Source of the DNA: an uncultured Gemmatimonadota bacterium
Lineage (GTDB): Bacteria > Gemmatimonadota > Gemmatimonadetes > Palauibacterales > Palauibacteraceae
DNA length: 64,000 nt
Direction: 5' to 3'
Assembly: GCA_964465015.1 (NCBI GenBank)
Contig: CAYXHP010000148.1
Location: forward strand, 2,072 to 66,071
This document shows, one piece after another, positions 27,549 to 38,359 of the stretch (positions are counted from its first letter, which is position 1; each line of letters opens with the position of its first letter). A model generated the notes under the pieces. It was not told where the DNA came from, searched no databases, and saw only the letters and a list, made by a program, of their open reading frames with translations. The position numbers were made by a program, and so were the translations under genes.

Positions 27549-30074
27549 ATGACGGGGCGATCGGGGAGCGAGGAAGGCCGCCCTGGCTTGCGCTCCCTCG
27601 CGAGCGCGGTGCGCGGCATCGTGGTCCTGGCGGCCGTCGTCCTGGCGACGGGGCCGGTCGTGGCGCAGGGGACCGGGACCCCGGGAGCGGGGGTCCCCGA
27701 CTGGCGCGTCAACCAGGCCTTCCAGCGCTCGCACGATTTCGACCTCCTGCACCAGGACATCGCCCTTCGGTCGTTCGACTGGGATTCCACCTCCCTGGCC
27801 GGCCGCGTGGAGACGACCCTGCGCGCCCTGCGACCCGGTTTCGACTCGGTCGTGCTCGATGCTGGATCGGGCCTGCGGGTGAAGAGGGTGTGGACGCCGG
27901 ACGGCGACTCGCTGCGCTGGACCCACACCGGTGACACGCTGGTCGTGTTCCCGTCCGAGCCGCTCGGCTTCGGGGACACGCTGCGGTTCCGGGTCGACTA
28001 CCGGGCCACGGTGCGGAGCGGACACGGGCTCACCTTCCTCGACAGCGCCGCCGACCATCCGCGTCAGATCTGGAGCCAGGGGGAATCCCACAACAACCAC
28101 CTGTGGTTCCCGACGTACGACTTCCCCGACGACAAGATGACGTGGACGCTCGCTGCCACCGTCCCGGACGGGTTCACGGCGGTTTCGAACGGCCGCGAGC
28201 TGGGGGATCGCGACGAGGGCGATGGAACGCACACGGTGACCTGGAGCGAGCCGCATCCCGCGTCCACCTACCTCGTGTCGCTGGTGGTCTCGCGGCTCGT
28301 TCGACTGCGGGACGACTGGAGGGGGACGCCGGTCGACTACTACGTGTACGCGTCCGACACGACGGCGGGTCGCCGGCTGTTCCGCGTCACGCCCGACATG
28401 ATCGAGGCGTACTCGCGGCTCACCGGAATCCCGTACCCGTGGTCCAAGTACGCACAGATCACGGTGGCCGACTTCTTCGGGGGCATGGAGAACGTCACGG
28501 CCACGACCCTGGTGGACTGGCTCCCGGACGAGCGCGCCTACCGCGACGACCCCTGGTACCTCATCGACCTCATCCCGCACGAGCTCGCCCACATGTGGTT
28601 CGGCGACTACGTGACCACGGCGGACTGGGCCAATCTCTGGCTCAACGAGGGCTTCGCGGAGTTCATGCCGGGCCAGTACTGGGCGCGTGCGAGAGGGGAG
28701 GAGGCGGCGGAGACCTACTACCTGCACGAGTACGATGACTTCCTCCACGCGGACGCGCAGCGGCGCGTCCCGCTCGCCGCCCCCAGCTCCAACGTGATCT
28801 ACCCCAAGGGCGCCCTCGTCCTCCGCATGCTCGAGAAGCTGCTGGGTCCCGATCGCTTCTGGGCCTCGATTCACCGGTACCTGGCTCGACACGCCTACGG
28901 GAACGCGACCACCGAGGACCTGCGGCGCGCGATCCTGGCGGCCACCGGCCAGAACCTGGACTGGTTCTTCGACCAGTGGATCTACTCGGGCGGCTATCCC
29001 GAGCTCGCCGTCCGCGCGCACTGGGACTCCGCCGGCCGAAGCCTGGCGCTGGTGGTCCGGCAGCTGCAGGCCGACTCGGCCGATTCGACCCGGGCGCGGG
29101 TGACTCCGGCGGTCTTCCGGATGCCGGTCACGGTCCGGGTGTCCACCGCCGCCGGGCCCATCACCCGGCGTGTGGTCGTGGACCGGGCGGTGGACACGGT
29201 CCTCGTGCGACAGGTGATGGCCCGGCCGACGGCGGTCGTGTTCGACGACCGGGACGAGGTCGTGAAGCGTCTCGACTTCCCGCAGCCGACCTCGTGGCTG
29301 GCCACCGAGCTGGAGGGGAGCGGCGCGCTCTGGAACCGCCGGTGGGCGGCCGAGCGGCTCGGAGAGCGCACCGAGGACACGGCCGCGGCCTCGGCGCTGG
29401 CCACGACGCTCGCGGGGGGCGGACCGCCGGCCCTGCGGGCGGCGGCGGCCGGCGCGCTGTCGAGCTTTCCGGCCATCCGCGCGCTTCCCGCCCTCCGCGT
29501 GGCGCTGGGGGACAGCTCGGCCCGCGTCCGCACGGCCGCGGCCTCGGCACTCGCCGGCGTGGGCGGCACGGAGGCCGCCGGCCTGGCGCGGCACGCCTTC
29601 GAGACCGACTCGAGCTATCACGTGCGAGCGGCGGCGCTGGAGGCCTACGCCGCCATCGACTCCGCCGACTCCGTCGCCGTGCACCAGGCGCTGGGTCGGG
29701 GCCTCCACACGCCCTCGTATCGGGGCGCCATCGCCCAGGCGGCGATGATCGGCATCGTGGCCCGCAGGGACACGAGCTTCGTGAACGACCTGGAGGGGAT
29801 GCTCCCCCGGGACGAGCTGGCGGCGCAGGCGCTCGGGGCCCTGGGGGCGCGCGGGGACCGCCGGGCGCTCGGCGTGCTGGCCGTGCACCTCGAGGATCCC
29901 GACCGCGGCGTTCGGCGCGCCGTCCTGAGGGCGTTCGGCACCATCGTCCCGCCGGCTGCCGCCGTGGCGGCGCTGGAGTCGGTCCGGAACGGTCTCACCG
30001 ACCCGGACGTGGAGCGCGCGGTCGACGAGCTGGTCCGGCGGCTGCGAGCCCGGGGGGGGGACGCCGGTGGGTGA
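27549..30074 (+). CDS. M1-family zinc aminopeptidase (aminopeptidase N-like), secreted, with C-terminal HEAT-like repeats
   Basis: Signal peptide. GAMEN-like motif FFGGMEN. HELAHMWFGDYVT...WLNEGFAEF (HExxH..E). The C-terminal ~250 aa is Ala-rich and repeat-like. Confidence 0.85.
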   Translation: MTGRSGSEEGRPGLRSLASAVRGIVVLAAVVLATGPVVAQGTGTPGAGVPDWRVNQAFQRSHDFDLLHQDIALRSFDWDSTSLAGRVETTLRALRPGFDSVVLDAGSGLRVKRVWTPDGDSLRWTHTGDTLVVFPSEPLGFGDTLRFRVDYRATVRSGHGLTFLDSAADHPRQIWSQGESHNNHLWFPTYDFPDDKMTWTLAATVPDGFTAVSNGRELGDRDEGDGTHTVTWSEPHPASTYLVSLVVSRLVRLRDDWRGTPVDYYVYASDTTAGRRLFRVTPDMIEAYSRLTGIPYPWSKYAQITVADFFGGMENVTATTLVDWLPDERAYRDDPWYLIDLIPHELAHMWFGDYVTTADWANLWLNEGFAEFMPGQYWARARGEEAAETYYLHEYDDFLHADAQRRVPLAAPSSNVIYPKGALVLRMLEKLLGPDRFWASIHRYLARHAYGNATTEDLRRAILAATGQNLDWFFDQWIYSGGYPELAVRAHWDSAGRSLALVVRQLQADSADSTRARVTPAVFRMPVTVRVSTAAGPITRRVVVDRAVDTVLVRQVMARPTAVVFDDRDEVVKRLDFPQPTSWLATELEGSGALWNRRWAAERLGERTEDTAAASALATTLAGGGPPALRAAAAGALSSFPAIRALPALRVALGDSSARVRTAAASALAGVGGTEAAGLARHAFETDSSYHVRAAALEAYAAIDSADSVAVHQALGRGLHTPSYRGAIAQAAMIGIVARRDTSFVNDLEGMLPRDELAAQALGALGARGDRRALGVLAVHLEDPDRGVRRAVLRAFGTIVPPAAAVAALESVRNGLTDPDVERAVDELVRRLRARGGDAGG

Positions 30075-31596
30075 GCGGCCGATGCGGACCCGGGACGAAC
30101 GGAGGTGTGCTGGCAACCCGCGGCGGGCGGACCGCCGGACCGCCGGGTCCGCGGCGGCACATCCGGGGATCCATCGGCGGGCGGCGGTGCCGCCGTCCTT
30201 CGCCGGGGCGTCGGCGATCGCGACGCTGGTGATCCCGGCGGTGGCGCTCGCCACGGGCTGCGCGGGCGGAACGCCGCCGGGCGCCAGGCTGGACGTACCC
30301 CCAGGGACGCGGCCGACCCTGTCGGTCGGCGCGGTCAGCGGGGCCGGCTACCACAACGAGACGTCCGTGGCCATCGACCCGGTCCGGCACGGCGGCGTCA
30401 TCGCTTCGTGGCAGATCCCGGCCACCGTCGCCCGCTCCTCCGACGGGGGCGCGACGTGGAAGAGCGTGGCGTTGCCGGGCACCGACCGCTGGGAGCTGGC
30501 CGGAGACCCGGCCGTGACCTACGGCCCGGACGGGACGGCGTACGCGCTGTTCATCGCGTTCGATCGCCCGGACGACTACCGCTTCCTGGGGCGCGCCGCG
30601 CACCGGAACGGGATCTTCGTGAGTCGCTCCCCGGACGGCGGCCACGAGTGGAGCGATCCGGCCGCGGTGGTGGAGCATTCCGAGGAGCCCGGGATCCCGT
30701 TCGAGGACAAGCCGATGATGGCCGTGGACCGGTTCGGGGACTCGCCGTGGCACGGCCACCTGTACGTGGCGTGGACCCAGTTCCGGAAGGCGGCGTCGGG
30801 CATCCGCTTCGCCCGATCCACCGACGGCGGGAGCACCTTCAGTCGGCCGATCGAGATCAGCGACCGCGCCGGTTCGCCGCAGGACACGCTGGGCGCCGAC
30901 GAGGGGACCGACCTCGCCGTCGGGCCGGGCGGCACCGTGTACGTGGTGTGGAGCGATTCGACCGGACTCCTCCTCGACCGGTCGCACGACGGTGGCCGGA
31001 CCTTCGGGACCGACGTCCACATCCGCCGCACCGGTCCCATCGTGTTCGGCGTGCCCGGCGTGGCGCGCGCCAACGGCTACCCGTCCCTGGGGCTCGATCC
31101 CCGTACCGGCCGCCTGTACGTGACCTGGGTGGACCGCAGCGCCGGGGAGGCGGATGTCTACCTGGTGACTTCGTCCGACCGCGGATACAGCTGGTCCGAG
31201 CCGATCCGGGTGAGCGGAGACCCGGTCGGCTCGGGCATCGACCACTTCTTCGCGTGGACGGCGGTGGATCCGGTCACCGGCCTGGTCGCGACCGGCTACT
31301 ACCGGAGCGGGCCCGGCGGCGGGCGCTCCCCGAGGCTGCGGTACATGCTGGCCTGGTCCGGCGACGGCGGCCGGACTTTCACCCGGGCGCCCTGGGGCGC
31401 CACCGAGTTCCGACCCGGCGGGCAGTTCCTGGGAGATTACACCGGCGTGGACGCGAGTTCGGGCGTCGTCTACGGGGCCTGGACCGAGGTGCCGGGCCCG
31501 CACGGGGCCGCCCCGGCGGACACGGCCGCGGGCGGCGTGCGCGGCGGGATGCACCGGACCCTCGTGGTGGTCGGCAAGGCGAGCTTCGGCGGCTAG
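30067..31596 (+). CDS. BNR/Asp-box repeat (sialidase-like) lipoprotein. The likely true start is GTG 30187, which gives the leader PPSFAGASAIATLVIPAVALATGC.
   Basis: Six Asp-box motifs: SSDGGATW, SPDGGHEW, STDGGSTF, SHDGGRTF, SSDRGYSW and SGDGGRTF. Lipobox LATGC. Confidence 0.75.
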   Translation: MGERPMRTRDERRCAGNPRRADRRTAGSAAAHPGIHRRAAVPPSFAGASAIATLVIPAVALATGCAGGTPPGARLDVPPGTRPTLSVGAVSGAGYHNETSVAIDPVRHGGVIASWQIPATVARSSDGGATWKSVALPGTDRWELAGDPAVTYGPDGTAYALFIAFDRPDDYRFLGRAAHRNGIFVSRSPDGGHEWSDPAAVVEHSEEPGIPFEDKPMMAVDRFGDSPWHGHLYVAWTQFRKAASGIRFARSTDGGSTFSRPIEISDRAGSPQDTLGADEGTDLAVGPGGTVYVVWSDSTGLLLDRSHDGGRTFGTDVHIRRTGPIVFGVPGVARANGYPSLGLDPRTGRLYVTWVDRSAGEADVYLVTSSDRGYSWSEPIRVSGDPVGSGIDHFFAWTAVDPVTGLVATGYYRSGPGGGRSPRLRYMLAWSGDGGRTFTRAPWGATEFRPGGQFLGDYTGVDASSGVVYGAWTEVPGPHGAAPADTAAGGVRGGMHRTLVVVGKASFGG

Positions 31597-33902
31597 CTGA
31601 CGGCCGTCACGGTCGGCGTGTCGCCCGCCTCCGGCGTGCCGCCCTCGATCGGAAGGCTCCGGATCCTCCGCCCCGTCAGACGGGCCAGCGCGTTCGCGAG
31701 GGCGGGCGCGGCCGGGGGCAGACCGGGCTCTCCCAGGCCCGTCGGGTGCCGGTCCGTCTCGATGAAGTGGACATCGACGCGGCGCGGCGCCCGGTCGATG
31801 CGGAGGATCGGGTAGCGGTCGAAGTTCCCCTGCTCGACCGCGCCGTCGCGCACGGTGACCCGCTCGCCGAGCGCGGCCGAGAGTCCCTGGTGGATGGCCC
31901 CCTCGACCTGCGCCCGGCCGCCGTCCGGGTTCACGACCGGGCCCACATCGAGAGCGGCCACGACCCGCTCGATCCGGAAGCCGTCGGCGTGCCGCGAGAC
32001 CTCCACCACCTCGGCGGCATAGCCCAGGTGGTCGATCCCGCACGCCACCCCCATGGCGTGCCCGTCGGGCAGCGCCCGGCCCCAGCCGGCCTCCCGAGCC
32101 GCGCGTGACAGGACACCCCGGAGCTTGACTGGATCGGGCGGCGAGCGCGGATCCGAGGCGGGCGGCGTCGCCGGAGAGTCGGTGAGGAGGCGGAGCCGGT
32201 ACTCGACCGGGTCCAGGCCGGCGCGCGCGGCGAGCTCATCGATGAAGCACTCGCGCGCGAAGATGCCGTGCGTCGTGCTCACCGCGCGCCACCAGCCACG
32301 ATGCAGGCCGCACGGCAGGTAGCTGTACTCCTCCGAGCGATTCGGCACGCCGTACAGCATGTTGACCGTCCCCGCGCCCTCCGAGCGTCCCCAGGCCGCC
32401 GCGTCCACGGTGGATTCGTAGGTGCCGGATATGGCCGGCGTGGAGAAGCGGTGGCGCCACGCCGTGGGATACCCGTCCTCGCCCAGCACGGCGTCGAAAC
32501 GGTGGACGGCGGCCGGGCGGTAGAAATCGTGGCCCAGGTCGTCCTCGCGCGTCCACACCACCTTGACGGGCGCCCCGACCTCCCGGGCGATGAGGGCCGC
32601 CTCGACCGCGTAGTCGGCGTTGATGCGTCGCCCGTATCCTCCTCCGAGGAGCGGGATCGTGAGCTCGACGGTCGACGGGTCCACGCCCAGGACGCGCGCC
32701 GTGGCGGCGACGGCGGCCCCGGGGAACTGCGTGGGCGAGAGCAGGCGGACCGTCCGGCCATCCACCTCCGCCACGCTGGTCTGGGGCTCCATGGTCGCGT
32801 GGCTCAGGAACGGGAGCTCGTACGTGGCGGTGACCACGTCCGTGGGGACGGCCTCCCGGATGAGGGTGTCCGGGTCGCCGGTTCGGAGGACCGTGGCCGA
32901 GCCCGGGCCCGAGACGGCGCGACGCATGGCCGTCGAGAACGACTCGCTGGTGTCGGAGCCGTGCGGGCCCGGCTCCCATTTCACCTGCAGCGCATCCCGG
33001 CCACGGATCGCCGCCCAGCTGCTGTCGCCCACCACGGCGACGCCCGGGTGCACGTGCGAGCCCGCGTCCCCGCGGACGCGAACCACCTTCCGCACGCCCG
33101 GCACGCGCAGGGCGGCCGAGGCATCGTAGCTTCGGACGTCCCCCCCGTGCGCCGGCGTCCTGGCCACGGCGGCGTACAGCATCCCGGGCCAGCGGACATC
33201 GGAGCCGTACTCGGCCCGGCCGGTGACGATGTCGAGCGCGTCCACGCCGATGATCCGACGCCGGCCCAGGAGCCGCCACTCCTTGCGCGCCTTGGGCTTC
33301 GCGTCCGCCGGGACCGGGATCCGGGCGGCGTCCTCGCCCAGCTCGGCGTAGGACAGGGTCCGGTCCGAGGTCGGGTGCCGGACCCGCCCGTCGCGGGTCT
33401 CCAGCTCGCGCGCGTCGACCCCGAGGCGGGCGGCCGCCGCTGCCACGAGGACCGCCCGGGCTCCGGCCGCGGCGGTGCGGACGGGTTCCCAGGCGTTGAG
33501 CACGCTCGAGCTCCCGCCCGTCCCCTGGCTTCCGTAGCGCTTCTCGTCGGCGGGCGCCTGCTCCACCCGGACGCGGTCCCAGTCCAGGTCCAGCTCCTCG
33601 GCCACCAGGAGCGCGAGAGTGGTTCGCACGCCCTGGCCCATCTCGGACTTGGCGACGGTGATCGTGGCACTGTCGTCGGGGTGGATGCGGACCCAGGCGT
33701 TGGGCTCGAACACGGCCGGGGCCGCGGTCGCCGGGGCACGACCTCCCGCGAGCACGGTGGGTCCGGGAGTCGTGCTCGCCGGCTCCCCGCCGCAGCCCGG
33801 GACGTAGAGCGCCACCACGATGCCACCGCCGGCCGCCGCTCCCAGGCGGACGAACTGCCTGCGGGTGAGTCCGCTCCCGCCCTCCCTCGGCCCGCCGCTC
33901 AC
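31593..33902 (-). CDS. Molybdopterin-binding subunit of a xanthine-dehydrogenase-family (IorB-like aldehyde/isoquinoline oxidoreductase) enzyme, Tat-secreted
   Basis: GTG at 33902, overlapping the small-subunit stop. Twin-arginine leader [17 protein letters not shown]. About 769 aa. Confidence 0.8.
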   Translation of the reverse strand: MSGGPREGGSGLTRRQFVRLGAAAGGGIVVALYVPGCGGEPASTTPGPTVLAGGRAPATAAPAVFEPNAWVRIHPDDSATITVAKSEMGQGVRTTLALLVAEELDLDWDRVRVEQAPADEKRYGSQGTGGSSSVLNAWEPVRTAAAGARAVLVAAAAARLGVDARELETRDGRVRHPTSDRTLSYAELGEDAARIPVPADAKPKARKEWRLLGRRRIIGVDALDIVTGRAEYGSDVRWPGMLYAAVARTPAHGGDVRSYDASAALRVPGVRKVVRVRGDAGSHVHPGVAVVGDSSWAAIRGRDALQVKWEPGPHGSDTSESFSTAMRRAVSGPGSATVLRTGDPDTLIREAVPTDVVTATYELPFLSHATMEPQTSVAEVDGRTVRLLSPTQFPGAAVAATARVLGVDPSTVELTIPLLGGGYGRRINADYAVEAALIAREVGAPVKVVWTREDDLGHDFYRPAAVHRFDAVLGEDGYPTAWRHRFSTPAISGTYESTVDAAAWGRSEGAGTVNMLYGVPNRSEEYSYLPCGLHRGWWRAVSTTHGIFARECFIDELAARAGLDPVEYRLRLLTDSPATPPASDPRSPPDPVKLRGVLSRAAREAGWGRALPDGHAMGVACGIDHLGYAAEVVEVSRHADGFRIERVVAALDVGPVVNPDGGRAQVEGAIHQGLSAALGERVTVRDGAVEQGNFDRYPILRIDRAPRRVDVHFIETDRHPTGLGEPGLPPAAPALANALARLTGRRIRSLPIEGGTPEAGDTPTVTAVS

Positions 33903-34369
33903 GATCGGTCTCCCCCGGTGGAGAGCTCGGCCGCTCGCCGCACGGCCCGGCGGATCCGCAGGTAGGTTCCGCAACGACACAGGTTGCCGCTCATGGCCCG
34001 ATCGATCTCGTCCTCGGTGGGCCGCGGCGAGCGGGCGAGCAGGGCGGCGGCGGTCATGATCTGGCCGGCCTGGCAGTAGCCGCACTGGGGGACGTTCTCT
34101 TCGAGCCAGGCGCGCTGCACCGGGTGCGAGCCGTCCTCGGAGAGACCCTCGATGGTCGTCACCGCCCGCCCGGCCACGGCGGACACGGGGGTGACGCAGG
34201 ACCGCACCGCCCGGCCGTCCACGTGCACCGTGCAGGCGCCGCACTGCGCGATGCCGCAGCCGAACTTGGTCCCGGTGAGGCCGACCGCCTCGCGCAACGC
34301 CCACAGGAGAGGCATCTCATCGGGGACCTCGAGATCGTGCCTGGTGCCGTTGATCTGGAGCTGGATCAT
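33899..34369 (-). CDS. [2Fe-2S]-binding small subunit (IorA-like)
   Basis: [15 protein letters not shown]...[20 protein letters not shown]...[11 protein letters not shown]...GNLCRCGTY (two Fe-S motifs). Confidence 0.85.
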   Translation of the reverse strand: MIQLQINGTRHDLEVPDEMPLLWALREAVGLTGTKFGCGIAQCGACTVHVDGRAVRSCVTPVSAVAGRAVTTIEGLSEDGSHPVQRAWLEENVPQCGYCQAGQIMTAAALLARSPRPTEDEIDRAMSGNLCRCGTYLRIRRAVRRAAELSTGGDRS

Positions 34370-34549
34370 GCCCGCCTCCGCCGTCCCGCGGGTGGACCGC
34401 GCCTTAGCGACACGGAAATGTATGCCGGCCCGGGGCGGCGAGCCATTGTGGGGTCGGCCCATCCGTCCTAGGGTGCGCACGGAGCGCGAGCCCCCTGCAG
34501 GCGCGGCTGCGCCCGCTCCTTCAACGACCCGTCGAACCCGGGGGATCCC

Positions 34550-35728
34550 ATGCCGAGTCCGTACGCCGACGCCTTCTCGCTTCCAGCGGGACTCCACTAT
34601 CTGAATGCAGCCTACATGACGCCGCTCCCGCGGGCGGTGGAGCAGGCGGGCCTGGAGGGCATCGGGCACGAGAAGGTGCCCACCACGCTGGGGGCGGAGG
34701 ACTTCTTCAGGGACTCCGACCGCATCCGCGCGGCCTTCTCGGTCCTCGTGGGTAGCGGCGATCCGGGCCGGGTCGCGGTGGTCCCGTCGGTCTCCTACGC
34801 GGCGGCCGTCGTGGCCCGGAACCTGGACCTCGAGGCGGGTCGCACCGTCGTCCTGGTCGAGGGACAGTTCCCGAGCCACGTGTACGCCTGGCGCGAGCTG
34901 GCGCGGCGAACGGGAGCCGAGCTCCTTACGGTGCCGCGGCCGACGGCCGCGGGGGGAGGGGGGCTGCGGTCCGACGCCCGGGAGTGGTCGGACCGGATCC
35001 TCGAGGCCATCGATGAGCGAACCGACCTCGTGGCGCTCCCGCACGCGCACTGGGCCGACGGCACGCTCTTCGATCTCGAGGCGGCGGGCGCCCGGGCGCG
35101 CGAGGTCGGGGCGGCCCTGGTGGTGGACGGCACGCAGACGGTGGGCGCCCATCCCTTCGACGTGGAGCGCATCCGTCCCGATGCCCTCATGTGCGCCGGT
35201 TACAAGTGGCTGCTGGGGCCCTACGGCCTCGGCGTGCTGTGGCTGGGCGACCGGTTCGCCGACGCGAGGCCGATCGAGGAGACCTGGATGGGCCGCGAGG
35301 GGAGCGAGGAGTTCGGCGACCTGGTCGACTACCGCGACGAGTACCGCGCCGATGCGAGCCGGCTCGACGCGGGCGGACACTCGAGCTTCATCCTGGCACC
35401 CATGCTGGCCGCCGCCCTCGAGCTCCTCGGAGCGTGGGGCGTGGAGCGCGTGGCCGGGCATTGTGCTCCCCTGACATCGCGGGCGGCTGCCGGTGCGGCC
35501 GAGCTGGGCTGCACGGTGGAGGCCGACGAGGGCAGGTGCGCGAACATCGTGGGGTTGCGGCTCCCGCCGGGCTGGGATGCCGACCGGGTGCAGCGGCGGC
35601 TCGCGGAGCGGAACGTGTCCGTCTCCCGCCGCGGCGACGGCCTGAGGGTCTCCCCGCACCTCTACAACGACGAGGCCGATGTGGACGCCCTCCTCTCGGC
35701 CCTCGTGTCGGAGTCCGGCGCCGGCTGA
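34550..35728 (+). CDS. Class V aminotransferase (cysteine-desulfurase / isopenicillin-N-epimerase-like PLP enzyme)
   Basis: [13 protein letters not shown]...[15 protein letters not shown]...[17 protein letters not shown] (PLP-Lys in GYKW). Confidence 0.75.
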   Translation: MPSPYADAFSLPAGLHYLNAAYMTPLPRAVEQAGLEGIGHEKVPTTLGAEDFFRDSDRIRAAFSVLVGSGDPGRVAVVPSVSYAAAVVARNLDLEAGRTVVLVEGQFPSHVYAWRELARRTGAELLTVPRPTAAGGGGLRSDAREWSDRILEAIDERTDLVALPHAHWADGTLFDLEAAGARAREVGAALVVDGTQTVGAHPFDVERIRPDALMCAGYKWLLGPYGLGVLWLGDRFADARPIEETWMGREGSEEFGDLVDYRDEYRADASRLDAGGHSSFILAPMLAAALELLGAWGVERVAGHCAPLTSRAAAGAAELGCTVEADEGRCANIVGLRLPPGWDADRVQRRLAERNVSVSRRGDGLRVSPHLYNDEADVDALLSALVSESGAG

Positions 35729-35946
35729 CGCCGTCCTCGCCGCCCGCCGGCGGCGCCCGCTCGCCGTTGGCTCCAGCCGCGCGTGCCGGACGACCCCCTG
35801 AATCTTTCCAGGCGCCGGTCTCGTAGAGCGATGCATCGGGGCGGGAGGCTCGCGAAGGCTCCCGCCGGGGTGGCGCCCGGGCCCGCGTGCGCCGCTCCGC
35901 AGGCACCCCCCGGGGTGCGGGACGCGCGGGTCGGGGGATCGGCACC

Positions 35947-37038
35947 ATGAAGCGACGGACCGGGTTCATTCTCGGCGGCCTCGCCGTCCTGACGGCGGGC
36001 GGCGTGGTGGCTGCGCTGGCCTCGGAGGGGGGCGGCGACGGCACCGCCGGCCTCGTGACCGTGGCTCGGACCAACATCGTCGAGAAGGCGCTGGCCGTCG
36101 GGACCATCGATCCCGACGTCGAGGTGGACGTCAAGTCCCAGCTGGCGGGCGTCGTCCAGAAGCTCTTCGCCGACGTCGGCGACCGGGTGAAGGCCGGCAC
36201 GCCCCTGCTCGAGATCCGCCCCAACCCCACTCCGCTGGAGCTCGTGGAGGCCCGCCGTCAGGTCGAGATCGACTCGGTCACGCAGGACCAGGCTCGCCGG
36301 GACTTCGAGCGTCTGCGGCCGCTCGAGAAGCAGCAGTACATCACCACCGAGGAGTTCGAGAGCGCCCAGCAGAAGTACGAGCAGTCGAAGCTCACCCTGC
36401 AGCTCTCGCGGGAGCGTCTCGCACTCCTCGAGAAGGGGCGCGTGAAGAGCCGTGCCGGTGACGTGGAGACGGTGGTTCGGGCGCCGATCGACGGCATCGT
36501 GCTCACCAAGAGCGTCGAGATCGGGGATCCTGTCGTGCCGCTCACCACCTACCAGGAAGGCACGGCGGTCATGACCATGGCCTCCATGAAGAGCCTCCTG
36601 TTCCGCGGCACGGTCGACGAGATCGACGTGGGCAAGCTGCGCGAGGGCATGAAGGCGGACATCAAGGTGGGGGCCCTGCCCGACGCGCACGTGACGGGCA
36701 CGGTGACCAAGATCTTCCCCAAGGGGAAGAAGGAGGAGAACGCCACCGTCTTCCCGGTCGAGATCGCGCTCGGCCCGGATGGCGCCGCGCACCTGCGGGC
36801 GGGCTACTCGGCCAACGCGGAGATCATCGTGGCGCGGCGCGACAGCGTGCTGGCCATCCCCGAGCGCGTGGTGACCTTCGACGGCGACACGGCCTGGGTC
36901 ACCGTGCAGCTCGCCGACGGCCAGACCGAGAAGCGCGTCATCCAGACCGGGCTCAGCGACGCCGTGCAGATCGAGGTGCTCTCGGGACTCTCCGAGGGTG
37001 ACCGGGTCCGAGAGAAGCCCACCCGCAAGATCGAGTAA
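35947..37038 (+). CDS. Periplasmic adaptor / membrane-fusion protein (HlyD/MacA family)
   Basis: N-terminal TM anchor, a coiled-coil segment ([14 protein letters not shown]...[18 protein letters not shown]) and a beta-barrel C-terminal part. Confidence 0.8.
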   Translation: MKRRTGFILGGLAVLTAGGVVAALASEGGGDGTAGLVTVARTNIVEKALAVGTIDPDVEVDVKSQLAGVVQKLFADVGDRVKAGTPLLEIRPNPTPLELVEARRQVEIDSVTQDQARRDFERLRPLEKQQYITTEEFESAQQKYEQSKLTLQLSRERLALLEKGRVKSRAGDVETVVRAPIDGIVLTKSVEIGDPVVPLTTYQEGTAVMTMASMKSLLFRGTVDEIDVGKLREGMKADIKVGALPDAHVTGTVTKIFPKGKKEENATVFPVEIALGPDGAAHLRAGYSANAEIIVARRDSVLAIPERVVTFDGDTAWVTVQLADGQTEKRVIQTGLSDAVQIEVLSGLSEGDRVREKPTRKIE

Positions 37039-37043
37039 AGCTC

Positions 37044-38276
37044 GTGCGGCTCGGCGCTCTCCTTCACGACCTCGTCTGGGACCTGGGCCACCAGCGGCTC
37101 CGGACCTCGCTCACCGTGCTCGGCATCGCGTGGGGCACGGTTTCGGTGGTCGTCCTCCTGGCCTTCGGGGTGGGGCTGGAGCGGCAGACGATCAAGCGAT
37201 TCCACGGCCTGGGCGACCGGATCGTGCTCCTGTTCGGCGGGCGTACCACCAAGCCGTGGGAAGGCTTCCCGGACGGGCGCACGATCCACCTGCGCGAGGA
37301 GGACGTCGGGGTCCTCCAGAAGCAGATCCCCGACATCGTCGAGATCAGTCCCGAGTACAGCAACCGGGACCTCCCCGTGCACATCGGACGGCACTCCGCC
37401 AATCCGAACATCACCGGCGTCTATCCCGTGTACAGCCGGCTGCGCAACGTGATTCCGGCGCCGGGCGGACGCTTCATCGACGAGCTCGACGAGGCCCAGC
37501 GGCGCCGGGTGGCGGTGCTCGGGAACGGGCTCGACTCCCTGCTGTTCGGGGACGAGCCGGCCGTGGGCCGGCAGGTGTACGTGGGAGACACGCCGTTCAC
37601 CGTGATCGGCGTCATGATGCCCAAGCAGCAGAACTCGTCGTACAACCAGCGCGACAAGGACCGGATCTTCATACCGGCCAGCACGCACCGGGCCGTGATC
37701 GGAAACCAGTACATCTCCAACATGGTGTACCGGACGCGCGATCCGCGGATCACCAAGGGCGTCCAGAAGCGCGTCTACGAGATCCTGGGGCGGAAGTACA
37801 AGTTCGACCCCTCCGACAAGGATGCCCTCCAGGTGTGGGACACCAGCTACTGGGAAACCCAGTTCTCGTACCTGTTCCTGGGCTTCAACATGTTCTTCGC
37901 GATCGTGGGCTGCTTCACGCTCAGCGTGGGCGGCGTCGGGGTGGCCAACATCATGTACATCGTGGTACGCGAACGTACGCGTGAGATCGGGATCCGCCGC
38001 TCGGTCGGAGCCCGCTCGCGAGACATCCTGGGGGCCTTCTTCGCCGAGACCTTCGCCATTGTCGGGCTGGGAGCCCTGGCGGGGCTCGTCCTGTCGGTGG
38101 GCATCGTGAAGCTCCTCGGCTTCGTGCCCATGCAGGAGTTCGTCGGCACCCCGGTGATCTCGGGACCGGTCCTCGCCATCACGGTGGCGCTTCTCGGGCT
38201 CATCGGCTTCGTGGCCGGGCTGTTCCCAGCCCGGCGCGCGGCCGCCCTGGATCCCGTCGATTGCCTGCGCACGTGA
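37044..38276 (+). CDS. ABC-transporter permease with FtsX-like fold and a MacB-type periplasmic domain
   Basis: N-terminal TM helix, ~230 aa periplasmic domain, then three C-terminal TM helices including IVRERTREIGIRRSVGARSRDI. Confidence 0.8.
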   Translation: MRLGALLHDLVWDLGHQRLRTSLTVLGIAWGTVSVVVLLAFGVGLERQTIKRFHGLGDRIVLLFGGRTTKPWEGFPDGRTIHLREEDVGVLQKQIPDIVEISPEYSNRDLPVHIGRHSANPNITGVYPVYSRLRNVIPAPGGRFIDELDEAQRRRVAVLGNGLDSLLFGDEPAVGRQVYVGDTPFTVIGVMMPKQQNSSYNQRDKDRIFIPASTHRAVIGNQYISNMVYRTRDPRITKGVQKRVYEILGRKYKFDPSDKDALQVWDTSYWETQFSYLFLGFNMFFAIVGCFTLSVGGVGVANIMYIVVRERTREIGIRRSVGARSRDILGAFFAETFAIVGLGALAGLVLSVGIVKLLGFVPMQEFVGTPVISGPVLAITVALLGLIGFVAGLFPARRAAALDPVDCLRT

Positions 38277-38359
38277 GCGTGCACCGCCGCCGCTCGCCCG
38301 CCGCCGAGCGCGGGGATAGCGCGCGCGGGGGCCGGACGGCCCGCACGGAGGCCTGAGCC

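Noticed and set aside
27399-30254. 951-aa minus-strand ORF
   Set aside because: It is antisense to the M1 aminopeptidase gene and is an Arg/Gly/Pro/His low-complexity translation.
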